Below, in pieces: positions 30,254 to 40,329 of a stretch of DNA of 64,000 nucleotides (its first letter is position 1; the number at the start of each line of letters is the position of its first letter). A program made the position numbers and the translations under genes. Location: the NCBI GenBank assembly GCA_038207335.1, contig JBBQZX010000007.1, forward strand, positions 32,001-96,000. Reading direction: 5' to 3'. The DNA is from Chthoniobacterales bacterium (lineage in GTDB: Bacteria > Verrucomicrobiota > Verrucomicrobiia > Chthoniobacterales > Chthoniobacteraceae). The notes beneath the pieces were generated by a model. The model was not told the DNA's origin. It made no database searches and saw only the letters and a list, made by a program, of their open reading frames with translations.

Positions 30254-30802
30254 ATGTCCCACACCATCACCAGCCCCGTCTATGTCTGCGCCGACAACAT
30301 CGACACCGACCAGATCATCCCCGCGCAATACCTCACGCTCGTCCCAACCATCGCCGAGGAGTATGAAAAGCTCGGCAGCTACGCGCTGATCGGCCTTCCC
30401 GACCATCTCTACCCGACGCGTTTCGTGCCGGAAGGCGGGCTCAAGACGCCATATAAAATCGTGATCGCCGGCCGCAATTTCGGCTGCGGCAGTTCGCGCG
30501 AGCACGCCCCAATCGCGATGGGCGCCGCCGGCGTCCAGGCTGTCGTTGCCGATTCCTTCGCGCGCATCTTTTTCCGCAACTGCGTCGCGACCGGCGAACT
30601 CTATCCGTACGACACCCCCGAGCGCCTTTGCGACATCCTGAAAACCGGCGACGAAGCCACCCTCGACTTCGACAACGACACCCTCACCGCAAACGGCAAA
30701 ACCTACTCGCTCAAACCGCTCGGCGAAGTCCGTCCCGTCATCGACGCCGGCGGCATCTTCAACTACGCCCGCCAGTCCGGCATGATCGCGGCGAAGGCGT
30801 AG
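30254..30802 (+). CDS. leuD: 3-isopropylmalate dehydratase small subunit
   Basis: DNIDTDQIIPA, AGRNFGCGSSREHAP, SFARIFFRN, IDAGG. Confidence 0.94.
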   Translation: MSHTITSPVYVCADNIDTDQIIPAQYLTLVPTIAEEYEKLGSYALIGLPDHLYPTRFVPEGGLKTPYKIVIAGRNFGCGSSREHAPIAMGAAGVQAVVADSFARIFFRNCVATGELYPYDTPERLCDILKTGDEATLDFDNDTLTANGKTYSLKPLGEVRPVIDAGGIFNYARQSGMIAAKA

Positions 30803-30820
30803 CGCCACCGGCGCGGCATC

Positions 30821-31633
30821 GTGAGCGAAAACAAACCGCGCCGCCGACAGCTCGACCTTTCGCTCGGCGAAGAGTCGCGCCAGCGTTTCAATGGCGGCGG
30901 ATTTCTCGGCGCAATCCGCCTCGATCATCCGCCGCGGGGGGACGAATACCCATTCGACATTCCCTCCATCCGCTCACTGGAGCGCATGGAATTTCATCCC
31001 GCTGTCACGTTCTTCATCGGCGAAAACGGTGCGGGAAAATCAACGCTCCTCGAAGCCATCGCGGTGAAAGCGCGATTCAGCGCGGAGGGCGGCTGGAAGC
31101 GCGGCGCGACCGACGACCTCGCCTCGGGTTCGAGCCTCGACCGCCACCTCACACTTGAGCGGCTGCACTATCCGACTGACGGCTGGTTTCTCCGCGCGGA
31201 GAGCTTTTATAATGTCGCAACCGAGATCAACGAACGCGGCATCGGGAGTGGCTACGGCGGCAAATCGCTCCACGCGCAATCGCATGGCGAGGCATTCCTC
31301 GCGCTTCTCACAAACCGTTTGCAAGGAGACGGGCTCTACCTTTTCGACGAACCCGAAGCCGCCCTCTCACCGCAGCGCCAACTCGCCGTGCTCACGCTTT
31401 TGCATCGGCTCGTCTATCACCGCAGCCAGCTCATCATCGCCACGCATTCGCCCATCCTCCTCGCGTATCCTCACGCGCGCATCTACGAATTCAGCGACCG
31501 GGGCATCCGCGAAGTCGCCTACACGGAGACTGAGCATTTCCGCGTAACTCGCGACTTTCTCACCTCCCACGAGCGCATTCTCGACCTGCTCCTCCGCGAA
31601 GAAGAAGCCGACCTCCGCCGCACGGAGCGGTGA
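30821..31633 (+). CDS. ABC-like predicted ATPase (COG3910-like)
   Basis: IGENGAGKSTLLEAIA, FLRAESFYN, QSHGE, FDEPEAALSPQRQ, IATHSPIL. Confidence 0.9.
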   Translation: MSENKPRRRQLDLSLGEESRQRFNGGGFLGAIRLDHPPRGDEYPFDIPSIRSLERMEFHPAVTFFIGENGAGKSTLLEAIAVKARFSAEGGWKRGATDDLASGSSLDRHLTLERLHYPTDGWFLRAESFYNVATEINERGIGSGYGGKSLHAQSHGEAFLALLTNRLQGDGLYLFDEPEAALSPQRQLAVLTLLHRLVYHRSQLIIATHSPILLAYPHARIYEFSDRGIREVAYTETEHFRVTRDFLTSHERILDLLLREEEADLRRTER

Positions 31634-31647
31634 GCTTTCAGCGACGA

Positions 31648-31675
31648 TTGACACACCGGCGCGGCTCGCTACTCT
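31648..31675 (+). promoter_or_regulatory. Sigma-70-like promoter of ilvC
   Basis: TTGACA-16 nt-TACTCT, ending 12 nt before the ATG. Confidence 0.7.
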
Positions 31676-31687
31676 GCGCGCCCCTTT

Positions 31688-32713
31688 ATGCCTGCAAAAA
31701 TCTACACCGACAAAGACGCTGACCTCAAAAACCTCAAAGGCAAGACCTGCGCCGTCATCGGCTTCGGCTCGCAAGGCCATGCCCACGCGCTCAATTTGAA
31801 AGAGTCCGGCGTGAAGGTGATCATCGGACTTTATCCCACGAGCAAGTCGCGGAAAGTCGCTGAGGAAAAGGGCTTCGAGGTCGTCGATACGGCGGAGGCG
31901 GTGAAGCGCGGCGACGTGATTTTCGTCGCGGTGCCCGACACAAAAATCCCCGCTGTCTATAACAAGGACATCGCGCCGAATCTCACGAAGGGGAAAACGC
32001 TGCTCTTCAGCCACGGGTTCGCTATTCATTTCAAGACCATCACCGTGCCGAAAGACGTGGACGTCATCATGGTCGCGCCGAAAGGGCCGGGGCATATCGT
32101 GCGGCGGCAATACACCGAGGGCAAAGGCGTCCCGGCTCTCATCGCGGTCTACCAGAACCCGAGCAAGCAGGCAAAAAAGGTCGCGCTCGCGTGGGCGAAG
32201 GGCGTGGGCGGAACACGTGGCGGCGTGATCGAGACGAGCTTCAAGGAAGAGACCGAGACCGATCTTTTCGGCGAGCAGACCGTGCTGTGCGGCGGCGTGA
32301 GCGCGCTGGTGCAGGCGGGTTTCGAGACGCTGACCGAGGCAGGCTACTCGCCCGAGATGGCGTATTTCGAGTGCCTTCACGAGCTGAAGCTGATCGTCGA
32401 TTTGATGAACGAAGCGGGCATCGCCGGGATGCGCTTCTCGATTTCCGAGACGGCGAAGTGGGGCGATGTTTCAGTCGGTCCGAAGATCGTGGACGCGAGT
32501 GTGAAGAAGCGGATGAAAGCCGCGCTGAAAGACATCCAGAGCGGCAAGTTCGCGAAAGGCTGGGTCGCGGAGTACGAAGGCGGCTACAAGAATTACAAGA
32601 AGCTCTTGGCCGACGGCGAAAAGCATCCGATCGAGAAGACCGGCGCACGGCTCCGCGGGCTCATGCCGTGGATCCAGAAAAAGAACATCAAGGGCGCGCA
32701 AGCCGCTTACTAG
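31688..32713 (+). CDS. ilvC: Ketol-acid reductoisomerase (short class I)
   Basis: [52 protein letters not shown]. Confidence 0.98.
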   Translation: MPAKIYTDKDADLKNLKGKTCAVIGFGSQGHAHALNLKESGVKVIIGLYPTSKSRKVAEEKGFEVVDTAEAVKRGDVIFVAVPDTKIPAVYNKDIAPNLTKGKTLLFSHGFAIHFKTITVPKDVDVIMVAPKGPGHIVRRQYTEGKGVPALIAVYQNPSKQAKKVALAWAKGVGGTRGGVIETSFKEETETDLFGEQTVLCGGVSALVQAGFETLTEAGYSPEMAYFECLHELKLIVDLMNEAGIAGMRFSISETAKWGDVSVGPKIVDASVKKRMKAALKDIQSGKFAKGWVAEYEGGYKNYKKLLADGEKHPIEKTGARLRGLMPWIQKKNIKGAQAAY

Positions 32714-32756
32714 CAGCATTCGCGGCCGATCGACCCGGCGCGCGCGATTTCCCTGC

Positions 32757-33620
32757 ATGTCCAGACTCCTGACACTCGGGCACTCGCCCGATCCCGATGA
32801 CGCGTTCATGTTTTACGCGCTCGCGGAGCACAAGATCGAGACGCACGGCTGGCAGTTCGAGCACATCCTGCAGGACATCCAGACGCTGAACGAGCGGGCG
32901 ACACGCGGCGAACTGCACATCTCCGCGATCTCGATCCACGCCTACGCGCACGTCCTCGACCGCTACGCGCTGCTGCCGTGCGGCGCGAGCATGGGCGACG
33001 GATACGGTCCGCTCGTCATCGCGCCAGCGGGCGACACCGCGCCCGACATTTCCGATGCGAGCGCCGTGCGCGCGTGGCTGCGCGGCAAAAAGATCGCCGT
33101 CCCGGGCAAGATGACGAGCGCGTATCTCGCTCTGCAGCTTTACGCCGGCGAGTTCGATCACGTCGTCGTGCCGTTCGATGAAATCTTTGAGTTTGTCTCT
33201 GCTGGAAAAGCGGACGCCGGGCTCATCATTCATGAGGGGCAGCTCACGTATCAGCGCGATGGATTCCAGAAAATCGTCGATCTCGGCGAGTGGTGGAAAG
33301 CGGATACCGGCCTGCCGCTGCCGCTCGGTGGAAACGTCATCCGCAAAGACATTGCGCCCGCCGACCGGAGCGCGATCAATGTGATCCTGCGCGAAAGCAT
33401 CCGCTACGGGCTCGAGCATCGCGCCGCCGGAGTCGCGCACGCGATGCCCCTGGCGCGAGGGATGGATACCACGCTCGCGGACGAATTCATCGGCATGTAT
33501 GTCAACGACTACACGCTCGACTACGGCGACTCCGGCCGCCGCGCGATCCGCGAATTTCTGTGCCGTGCCCACGCCGCCGGCCTCATCTCCGCGCCGGTGG
33601 AGTTGGAATTCGTGAGCTGA
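32757..33620 (+). CDS. mqnD: 1,4-dihydroxy-6-naphthoate synthase (futalosine pathway)
   Basis: LGHSPDPDDAFMFYAL, DIQTLN, SMGDGYGP, PGKMTSA, IIHEGQLTY, LPLPLG, MYVN. Confidence 0.92.
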   Translation: MSRLLTLGHSPDPDDAFMFYALAEHKIETHGWQFEHILQDIQTLNERATRGELHISAISIHAYAHVLDRYALLPCGASMGDGYGPLVIAPAGDTAPDISDASAVRAWLRGKKIAVPGKMTSAYLALQLYAGEFDHVVVPFDEIFEFVSAGKADAGLIIHEGQLTYQRDGFQKIVDLGEWWKADTGLPLPLGGNVIRKDIAPADRSAINVILRESIRYGLEHRAAGVAHAMPLARGMDTTLADEFIGMYVNDYTLDYGDSGRRAIREFLCRAHAAGLISAPVELEFVS

Positions 33621-33633
33621 AGCGCGGCGCTTC

Positions 33634-35229
33634 CTAGTCCTCCGCGGCGAGTTCCTCGAGGCGGGCGCCGATGCGGACGTGCAGGATGCCGGTGCCGATT
33701 ACGAGAGCGGTGATGAGGCCGACGAAAGCCGCCTGTCCCATCATGTAAAACGCGAGCGGGACTGCGAACATGCTGCCCGCATATACGGCTGCGATGGCCA
33801 TCGGGAGCGCGCCCCATTTGAAGCGCAACGAGAACATCACCACGAGATGAATGCCGAAAATGACAAGTAGGAAACCAAACGTCATGCCCCCAATGGCCTG
33901 CCATTCGATCGCGACGCGGAGCGCCCGGTCGAGCCCGACCTTCTGTTTCCACTCCCACCATTTTTGCAGGCTTCGCACGATTTCCGGCGTGGCGCACGCG
34001 AGACCGATGAAGAAATAGATCACCACCGGGAGCCATGCGAGGAGCGCGGCGGCGACCTTTTGATACGCGATCGAGCGCATGGTGAGCGGGAGGGTCGCGA
34101 GACTGGAGAGCGTCTTCCAGCGACGCTCCTGGCGGAAGATGCGGCCGGAAATGATCGCGAGTTCGATGGCACCAGCGAGCGCGGAGCAAAGCATCAACGT
34201 GAAACCGAAACCGGACCAAGTCCATTTCGTGTTGTTGAGATCGACGATGTAAACGATAGCGAGGCCGGTGAAGGCGTAGGCGAGCAACTTCGCGATGACG
34301 GCGGTCAGGCCGCCGTTCACGAAGTTGAAATCTTTCCAAATCAGCGCCCAGCGCCACGGGCGGCCAGCGGCAAAAAGTCGCAGTTTCGATGTGCGCTTGA
34401 AGATGAATCCGCGGCGCGGGACGGCGTCTTTTTGATCGCGGCAGAAAAGCTCGAAGACGGACCACGCGATGAGAAAGCAGGCGAGGCCGAGCGCTAGATT
34501 GCTCCAGAATTGGAGGCCGATGAGTTCGCCCGTGAAGCCGGTCGAGAGCACCTCAGCAAAGCGCGAAAGCGGCGACATGCGCGTCCATGCCGCGAGCGCG
34601 GAAGCAAGCGCTGGAGCGGGTTGCGAGGCGGCGATCAGGCTGTATTCGTGGAGCACCCACTGAATCCCGGGGATCAGCACAGGTCCGACGAAAAAGAGGA
34701 AAAGCACGGTGCCAGTTTTCAGCGCGGCGCCCGCTGTGCGCGCGCTCATCACCGAGAAGAGCAGCGCGAGATTGCTGAGGAAGATGATGAAGGCCGCGAG
34801 CGCGAGATAAACCGCGAGAATTTGCCGGATCGAGATGCCGCCGAATGAGACTGCGAGGAGCGTGAACGGGATTTGCGTGGCGAGCAGGAGCAGCGCGCCG
34901 AAGAGCCGGCTCGTCGATTTCCCGAGCAGGATCGAGAGCGGGTTGAGGTTCGTCATCCGCAGCAGGCCGAGCGTCATCTCCTCTTTTTCCTCGGTGATGG
35001 CAGAGGCGAAGTAGCTGAGCCCGGCGAGGCCGATGAAGAAGAAATTCGCGGACGTGGCCGAGGCGAAAAACGCGAGCCCCGGCGCGCCGGACCAGCCGAG
35101 CGAGAGGTGCGTCGTGAACATCATCACGAGCATGAGCCCGACGAGCCCCGCGCGCGCCCAGTAGGTCGATTTCGCACGCACATCCTGCCGGAGCGAGCGG
35201 TTGAAAAGCGCGAGGAGCGGGCTGATCAT
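33634..35229 (-). CDS. ABC-2-type transporter permease
   Basis: Multi-TM; duplicated motif ITEEKEEMTLGLLRMT / IFRQERRWKTLSSL; overlaps the ATPase gene. Confidence 0.85.
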   Translation of the reverse strand: MISPLLALFNRSLRQDVRAKSTYWARAGLVGLMLVMMFTTHLSLGWSGAPGLAFFASATSANFFFIGLAGLSYFASAITEEKEEMTLGLLRMTNLNPLSILLGKSTSRLFGALLLLATQIPFTLLAVSFGGISIRQILAVYLALAAFIIFLSNLALLFSVMSARTAGAALKTGTVLFLFFVGPVLIPGIQWVLHEYSLIAASQPAPALASALAAWTRMSPLSRFAEVLSTGFTGELIGLQFWSNLALGLACFLIAWSVFELFCRDQKDAVPRRGFIFKRTSKLRLFAAGRPWRWALIWKDFNFVNGGLTAVIAKLLAYAFTGLAIVYIVDLNNTKWTWSGFGFTLMLCSALAGAIELAIISGRIFRQERRWKTLSSLATLPLTMRSIAYQKVAAALLAWLPVVIYFFIGLACATPEIVRSLQKWWEWKQKVGLDRALRVAIEWQAIGGMTFGFLLVIFGIHLVVMFSLRFKWGALPMAIAAVYAGSMFAVPLAFYMMGQAAFVGLITALVIGTGILHVRIGARLEELAAED

Positions 35230-36176
35230 GTCCGCACTCCAGGCTCGGTGAGGTCCATGAATGCTTGGTTGAGCTGTTTGGTCTCGGCCTCGAAGCCGGT
35301 GATTTGCGCGCCAGTGGCGAGGGCGGTTTGAAGGATCGTGTTCACCGGGAGTTTTTGCCGGTCGAAGACGAGGGTGTAGCGCGGGACAGTCGGCAGCGGC
35401 GAGCTCACGGCGGTCATGCCGGGGAGTTTCGAGAGGGCGTCGATGCTCGCGGGATGCTCAGCGGTGAGCGTGAGCACGTAGGTCGCGGTCTCGCTCGTGT
35501 CGTCTGAGATGAGGCCGCGCATGGTGCCGGTGTATTTCACCGCACCGCGATCCATGATGGTGACGTGGTCGCAGAGCGTCGCGAGTTCGCTGAGTATGTG
35601 GGAGCTGATAAAAATGGTTTTCCCAAGCCGCCGCAGCTCCTCGAGGATTTCCATGAGCTCGATGCGGGCGCGCGGGTCGAGGCCGCTCGCGGGTTCATCG
35701 AGCAAGAGCAAATCGGGGTCATGCACCAGCACGCGCGCGAGGCTGACGCGCTGCTGCATGCCGCGCGAGAGGCCGCTGATCATGTCGTCTTTGCGCCCGT
35801 CCATGTCGGTGAGGGTGAGGACGTCGGAAATGGTTTTGTCGCGCGCGGCTTGGGCGAGGCCGTATGCGGCGCCGAAGAAATCGAGGTACTCGAAGACGGT
35901 CATTTGCCGGTACATCGAGAAGTGGTCGGGCATGAAGCCGATCTTGCGGCGCACTTCGCGCTGGCTGCGCGCGATGTCCTGGCCGAAGACGCTGACGCTG
36001 CCGGTCTGCGGTTTCAGCAGGGTCGCGAGGATTTTTAAGGCGGTGGTTTTTCCGGCGCCGTTAGGGCCGACGAAGCCGTGAATCGACTGGCGATGGACGG
36101 TGAAAGAGATGCCTGTGAGGGCAAGATGCGCCTTGTACCGATGCTGAAGATTGTGGATTTCGATGATCGGTTCCAT
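35226..36176 (-). CDS. ABC transporter ATP-binding protein
   Basis: GPNGAGKTT, LSRGMQQR, LLDEPASGLDP, SSHIL. Confidence 0.95.
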   Translation of the reverse strand: MEPIIEIHNLQHRYKAHLALTGISFTVHRQSIHGFVGPNGAGKTTALKILATLLKPQTGSVSVFGQDIARSQREVRRKIGFMPDHFSMYRQMTVFEYLDFFGAAYGLAQAARDKTISDVLTLTDMDGRKDDMISGLSRGMQQRVSLARVLVHDPDLLLLDEPASGLDPRARIELMEILEELRRLGKTIFISSHILSELATLCDHVTIMDRGAVKYTGTMRGLISDDTSETATYVLTLTAEHPASIDALSKLPGMTAVSSPLPTVPRYTLVFDRQKLPVNTILQTALATGAQITGFEAETKQLNQAFMDLTEPGVRT

Positions 36177-36356
36177 GTCGGGAGAAAGCGCGGTGCATTT
36201 GGAACAGGCGGCGGGGGCGGGGGCAACCCTCTGCTCAGGTTTGGCAGAAACCCAGGTGCGGCGTTGGTGCGACGGTGCGCGCCGAAAGGCGAAGCGCCTG
36301 CGGCGGGACGACGGACGAATCTCCAGAACTGGACGCCTCTAGCTCGACCGGCCAAA

Positions 36357-36374
36357 GCGGGAGCAAGCTCCCGC
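36357..36374. repeat. REP-like short palindrome
   Basis: gcgggagc-aa-gctcccgc preceded by caaa, intergenic; only one copy in this window. Confidence 0.35.
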
Positions 36375-36388
36375 GCACGAAAGCCGGA

Positions 36389-36895
36389 CTATGCGCGCGG
36401 CTTTACGTAAACTCCGATGAGCGGACGCGGGGAGGGACGCGGCGATTCGAAGTCGCTCACGAATCCATACTGCGTGCGAATTTCCACATGACCCGCACCC
36501 TTACCCCCATAGACAATGACCGACCCGAGCGGCGCTTTATACGGGTCTTTGACGGTGAGCTTTTTGAAGCCGTAATCCTTTTGCAGCTCGCCGCCCGCCT
36601 CCTTCGCATTCGCGGTTTTCGGATACGAGTCGATCGTCTTCGAGTCGAGCAGCGCGGTTTTCACGTAGCGCCAGCAGCGGCTGATCGAGTGGCCGTGCGC
36701 CCGCTCTTGCGCGATTTCCGCGGCGTGGATCATCCGTTTGTCGTAGCGGTAGTTGCCGGACTGCGGGCCGAAGATCGCCTGCTTGCTCGCGTCGAGTTTT
36801 TGCGCGTTCGATTTGTCGTAGAGCGACTGGTCGGCGCGCCCGGTGAGTGGCGCGAGGGCAAAAATGAGGGTGAGGAGCAGGAGGGCTTTGTTCAT
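36389..36895 (-). CDS. Secreted NlpC/P60- or CHAP-like putative peptidoglycan amidase
   Basis: Signal peptide MNKALLLLTLIFALAPLTGRA; CWRYVKTAL...GSVIVY...GHVEI Cys/His pair. Confidence 0.72.
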   Translation of the reverse strand: MNKALLLLTLIFALAPLTGRADQSLYDKSNAQKLDASKQAIFGPQSGNYRYDKRMIHAAEIAQERAHGHSISRCWRYVKTALLDSKTIDSYPKTANAKEAGGELQKDYGFKKLTVKDPYKAPLGSVIVYGGKGAGHVEIRTQYGFVSDFESPRPSPRPLIGVYVKPRA

Positions 36896-37048
36896 CGTGG
36901 CTGGGAAAGTGGCGGAGGCTAGGGATCGAGGGCGGTGGGTCAAACAGCGAATCGGACAAATTTTGTTTCCCCGTAAATGCACTTTCCGAGCCGCGACGGC
37001 GCTTTTGAAAATCTTTCCCACGCCTCGAGCACGGCTAGATTCCCGCCC

Positions 37049-39133
37049 GTGAATCTCGAAACGCCGCTCGCCGAGCTCGACTGGATCGCGCCTCAGCGGC
37101 TGCGGCAGCTCGAGCGTTTCGGCCTTGCGAACGTCGGTGCGCTGCTCACGCATTTCCCACGGCGATACGAGGATCGCACTCGTTTTGATCGCTTCCCGGC
37201 CGGCGACGAGGAGCGCGCGGTGTGCGTCCGCGGCTGGGTGAAACGCGCTAGCTCGCGGCATGTGCGGAACGGCCAGAAGATGTTCGACGCCGTGCTCGAG
37301 GAGGCGCAGCCGCACGCGCTGAGCGAGCCGCTCGTGTGCAGGTGGTTCAATTCGTATTGGGTGGAAAAGCTGATCGCGACGGGGCAGGAACTCGTCGTGT
37401 ACGGCCGACCGAAGCGGTCGGGATCGAGCGTGGTGATCGCGCACCCGGAGTTCGAGGTGGTCGAGGAGGAGAGCGAGAATTCCGTCCACCTGAATCGCAT
37501 CGCGCCGATCCACGGAGCGACGGAAGGGCTCTCGCCGCGGATATTACGGAAGATCATTTGGGACGTGCTGGAGCATCTCGAGGCGGATGAAATTCCACCG
37601 CTCCTGCCGCCGTCGCTCGACCGGATGCTGCGCGCCGATGCGCTGCGGCAGATTCATTTCCCCGACTCGATGGAGCATCTGGAGAAAGCGCGGCGGCATC
37701 TCGTGCTCACGGAGTTTTTCACGATGCAGCTCAGCGTCGCCGCGAAGCGCACGGAGCACGCCGCGCAGTCCGGCGAGCCGCACGCCGGCGCGGACACACT
37801 CATGCGCGAGCTGCACGATTCTCTCCCCTTTTCCCTCACCGGCGCACAACAGCGGGCGATCGGCGAAATCCGCGCCGACCTCGCCTCGACGCGCCCGATG
37901 AACCGCCTGCTCCACGGCGACGTCGGCTCCGGCAAGACGCTGGTTGCCGCGAGTGCGATGCTGCTCGCGGTGGAGGCAGGCTTCCAAGCCGCGCTCATGG
38001 CGCCGACGCAGATTCTCGCGGAGCAGCATTACCTCACATTCAAGCGCCTGCTCGAGCCGCTCGGGATCGTCGTCGCGCTGCGGACGGGCACGCGGCGGGA
38101 GGAGACAGGCACGGGGCCACTCTTTGAAAATCACGCGCTCGCGGCAGCTCCGACTCCGGGTGGAGCACGCATCTTCATCGGCACCCACGCCCTCCTCTTC
38201 GAAGGCACCGGCATCACCAACCTCGGCCTCGCCGTCATCGACGAGCAGCACAAATTTGGCGTTGCCCAGCGCGCACGGCTGCGCGAGCAGGGCACTGCGC
38301 CGGATGTTCTCGTCATGACCGCCACGCCCATCCCGCGCACGCTCACCATGACCGTGTATGGCGACCTCGACGTAAGCACGCTCGACGAAATGCCCGCCAA
38401 TCGCGGCAAAATCGTCACCGCCGCGCGCGACTCCGCGAAGCTGCCCGACGCCGCGAAATTCATCCGCGAACACCTCGCCGCCGGTCGACAGGCGTATGTC
38501 GTCTATCCGCTCATCGACGAGTCGGAAAAGCTCGAGGCGAAAGCGGCGGCGGCGGAATTCGAGAAATGGAAGACGCTGCTCGCGCCGATGACCTGCGAGC
38601 TGCTGCACGGGCGGATTCCACCCGAGGAAAAGGACGCGATCATGGAGCGCTTCCGCCGCGGCGAGACAAAGGCGCTCATCGCCACGACCGTCATCGAGGT
38701 CGGCGTCGATGTGCCAAATGCCAATGTCATGCTCATCGAAAATGCCGAACGATTCGGGCTCGCGCAGCTCCACCAGCTCCGCGGGCGCATCGGGCGCGGC
38801 GAGCACAAAAGCTATTGCATCCTGCTCACCGGAAAGACCGACGCAGCCGCGCAGGAAAAGCTCCGCATCCTATGCGAAAGCTCAGACGGCTTCGAGATCG
38901 CTGAAGCCGACCTGCGCCTCCGCGGCCCGGGCGACATCCTCGGCACCGCGCAGAGCGGACTCGCCCCTCTTAAACTGGGCAATCCGCTCACCGATGCAGA
39001 CCTGATGAAGCTCGCGCGCAATCAGGCCCTCGCGATCTTCGCCACCGACCCGCACCTCGAGCGACCGGAAAACGCGCCGTTCCGCGCCCTCATCGGCGAC
39101 CCAAAAAAGTCCGCGCTGGCGCAAGTGAGCTGA
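37049..39133 (+). CDS. recG: ATP-dependent DNA helicase RecG
   Basis: HFPRRYED, MNRLLHGDVGSGKT, MAPTQILAEQH, DEQHKFG, MTATPIPRTL, QLHQLRGRIGRG, DLRLRGPG. Confidence 0.97.
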   Translation: MNLETPLAELDWIAPQRLRQLERFGLANVGALLTHFPRRYEDRTRFDRFPAGDEERAVCVRGWVKRASSRHVRNGQKMFDAVLEEAQPHALSEPLVCRWFNSYWVEKLIATGQELVVYGRPKRSGSSVVIAHPEFEVVEEESENSVHLNRIAPIHGATEGLSPRILRKIIWDVLEHLEADEIPPLLPPSLDRMLRADALRQIHFPDSMEHLEKARRHLVLTEFFTMQLSVAAKRTEHAAQSGEPHAGADTLMRELHDSLPFSLTGAQQRAIGEIRADLASTRPMNRLLHGDVGSGKTLVAASAMLLAVEAGFQAALMAPTQILAEQHYLTFKRLLEPLGIVVALRTGTRREETGTGPLFENHALAAAPTPGGARIFIGTHALLFEGTGITNLGLAVIDEQHKFGVAQRARLREQGTAPDVLVMTATPIPRTLTMTVYGDLDVSTLDEMPANRGKIVTAARDSAKLPDAAKFIREHLAAGRQAYVVYPLIDESEKLEAKAAAAEFEKWKTLLAPMTCELLHGRIPPEEKDAIMERFRRGETKALIATTVIEVGVDVPNANVMLIENAERFGLAQLHQLRGRIGRGEHKSYCILLTGKTDAAAQEKLRILCESSDGFEIAEADLRLRGPGDILGTAQSGLAPLKLGNPLTDADLMKLARNQALAIFATDPHLERPENAPFRALIGDPKKSALAQVS

Positions 39134-39154
39134 CGCCCGCGAACATTCATCTCC

Positions 39155-40324
39155 ATGCGCCGCCTCCTCTTTTTCCTGCTGCTCCTCGCGCTCGTCTGGC
39201 TCGGCTATCATCGCTGGAATTCCATCGCCCCGCGCCGCGCGAGCGAGACCTTCACGCCCGTCGAGCATTCGAAAATTGACCTCAAGGACGTCAAAGTCCT
39301 CGCCGCGCTCGACGCCGAATACAGCACACTCATCGACCGCGTCGTCCCGTCCGTCGTCTGCATCCGCACGCGTGGCATGGCGCCCGTGGATCCAGTGCAG
39401 ACGCTCTTTCGCAGGCGATCGGGTTCGGCGGAAAAGCGCTCGCTCGGCTCCGGCGTCATCGTCTCGAAAGAGGGTCACATTTTGACCAACTACCATGTCA
39501 TCGAGGGCATGAGCGAAATCGTCGTGCAGCTCACCGACGGGCGAACCGTGCCCGCCGTCCTCATCGGCGGCGACAAGCAGGCGGACATCGCCGTGCTAAG
39601 GATCGACGCGCCGCGCATCGAGGCGCTGCCACTCGGCGACAGCGACGAGATGCACGTCGGGCAAATGGTCTTCGCGATCGGCAATCCCTTCGGCCTGCAA
39701 GAGACTGTGACGCAGGGGATTATCAGCGCGAAAGGGCGCGCGATTAGCGACAGCGGCGTCGAATTTCTCCAGACCGACGCCGCCGTGAATCAGGGCAACT
39801 CCGGCGGCCCGCTGCTGAATCTGCGAGGCGAAATCATTGGCATCAACAGCGCCATCTATTCCGAGACCGGCGGCTGGCTCGGCATCAGCTTCGCCATCCC
39901 GTCGAACAACGCGAAGCGCGCGCTAGAGAGCATCATCAAAATGGGCCGCGTCGTGCGCCCATACCTCGGCGTGCTCATGAGCGACCTCTCGCCCGACCTC
40001 GCCGAGCAATTCCATGCGCCCGACCCGCAGGGCGCGCTGATCCACGACGTAGTGCCAAATTCACCCGCCGAAAAAGCGGGGCTCAAACCCGGCGACATCA
40101 TCCGCAAAGTGAGCGACCATGCGGTAAAGAGCAGCGCCGCGCTACGCGACCGCATCGCCACCGAAGGCGTCGGAGCGAAGCTCGAAATCACCTTTTACCG
40201 CGACGGGAAAGAGCAGACCACAAATGCCGAAATCGTCGAGACGCCGCCCGACGCGCTGGCACCCGAAGAGCCTGCACCCGCACCAGCGCCACCCGGAAAA
40301 AGACGCGGCTCGCCCTTCAAATAA
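39155..40324 (+). CDS. HtrA/DegP-family serine protease with one PDZ domain
   Basis: LGSGVI...TNYHV, DIAVL, QTDAAVNQGNSGGPL, PDZ (SPAEKAGLKPGD). Confidence 0.95.
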   Translation: MRRLLFFLLLLALVWLGYHRWNSIAPRRASETFTPVEHSKIDLKDVKVLAALDAEYSTLIDRVVPSVVCIRTRGMAPVDPVQTLFRRRSGSAEKRSLGSGVIVSKEGHILTNYHVIEGMSEIVVQLTDGRTVPAVLIGGDKQADIAVLRIDAPRIEALPLGDSDEMHVGQMVFAIGNPFGLQETVTQGIISAKGRAISDSGVEFLQTDAAVNQGNSGGPLLNLRGEIIGINSAIYSETGGWLGISFAIPSNNAKRALESIIKMGRVVRPYLGVLMSDLSPDLAEQFHAPDPQGALIHDVVPNSPAEKAGLKPGDIIRKVSDHAVKSSAALRDRIATEGVGAKLEITFYRDGKEQTTNAEIVETPPDALAPEEPAPAPAPPGKRRGSPFK

Positions 40325-40329
40325 TCCCC

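Noticed and set aside
30821..31633. ATPase as part of an anti-phage defence system
   Set aside because: No adjacent nuclease or effector gene; it is a common stand-alone ATPase family within a housekeeping cluster.
36180..36356. Possible structured ncRNA (GCCGAAAGGC tetraloop) upstream of the ABC operon
   Set aside because: A single short hairpin in very GC-rich DNA, with no match to a riboswitch consensus I recognise.
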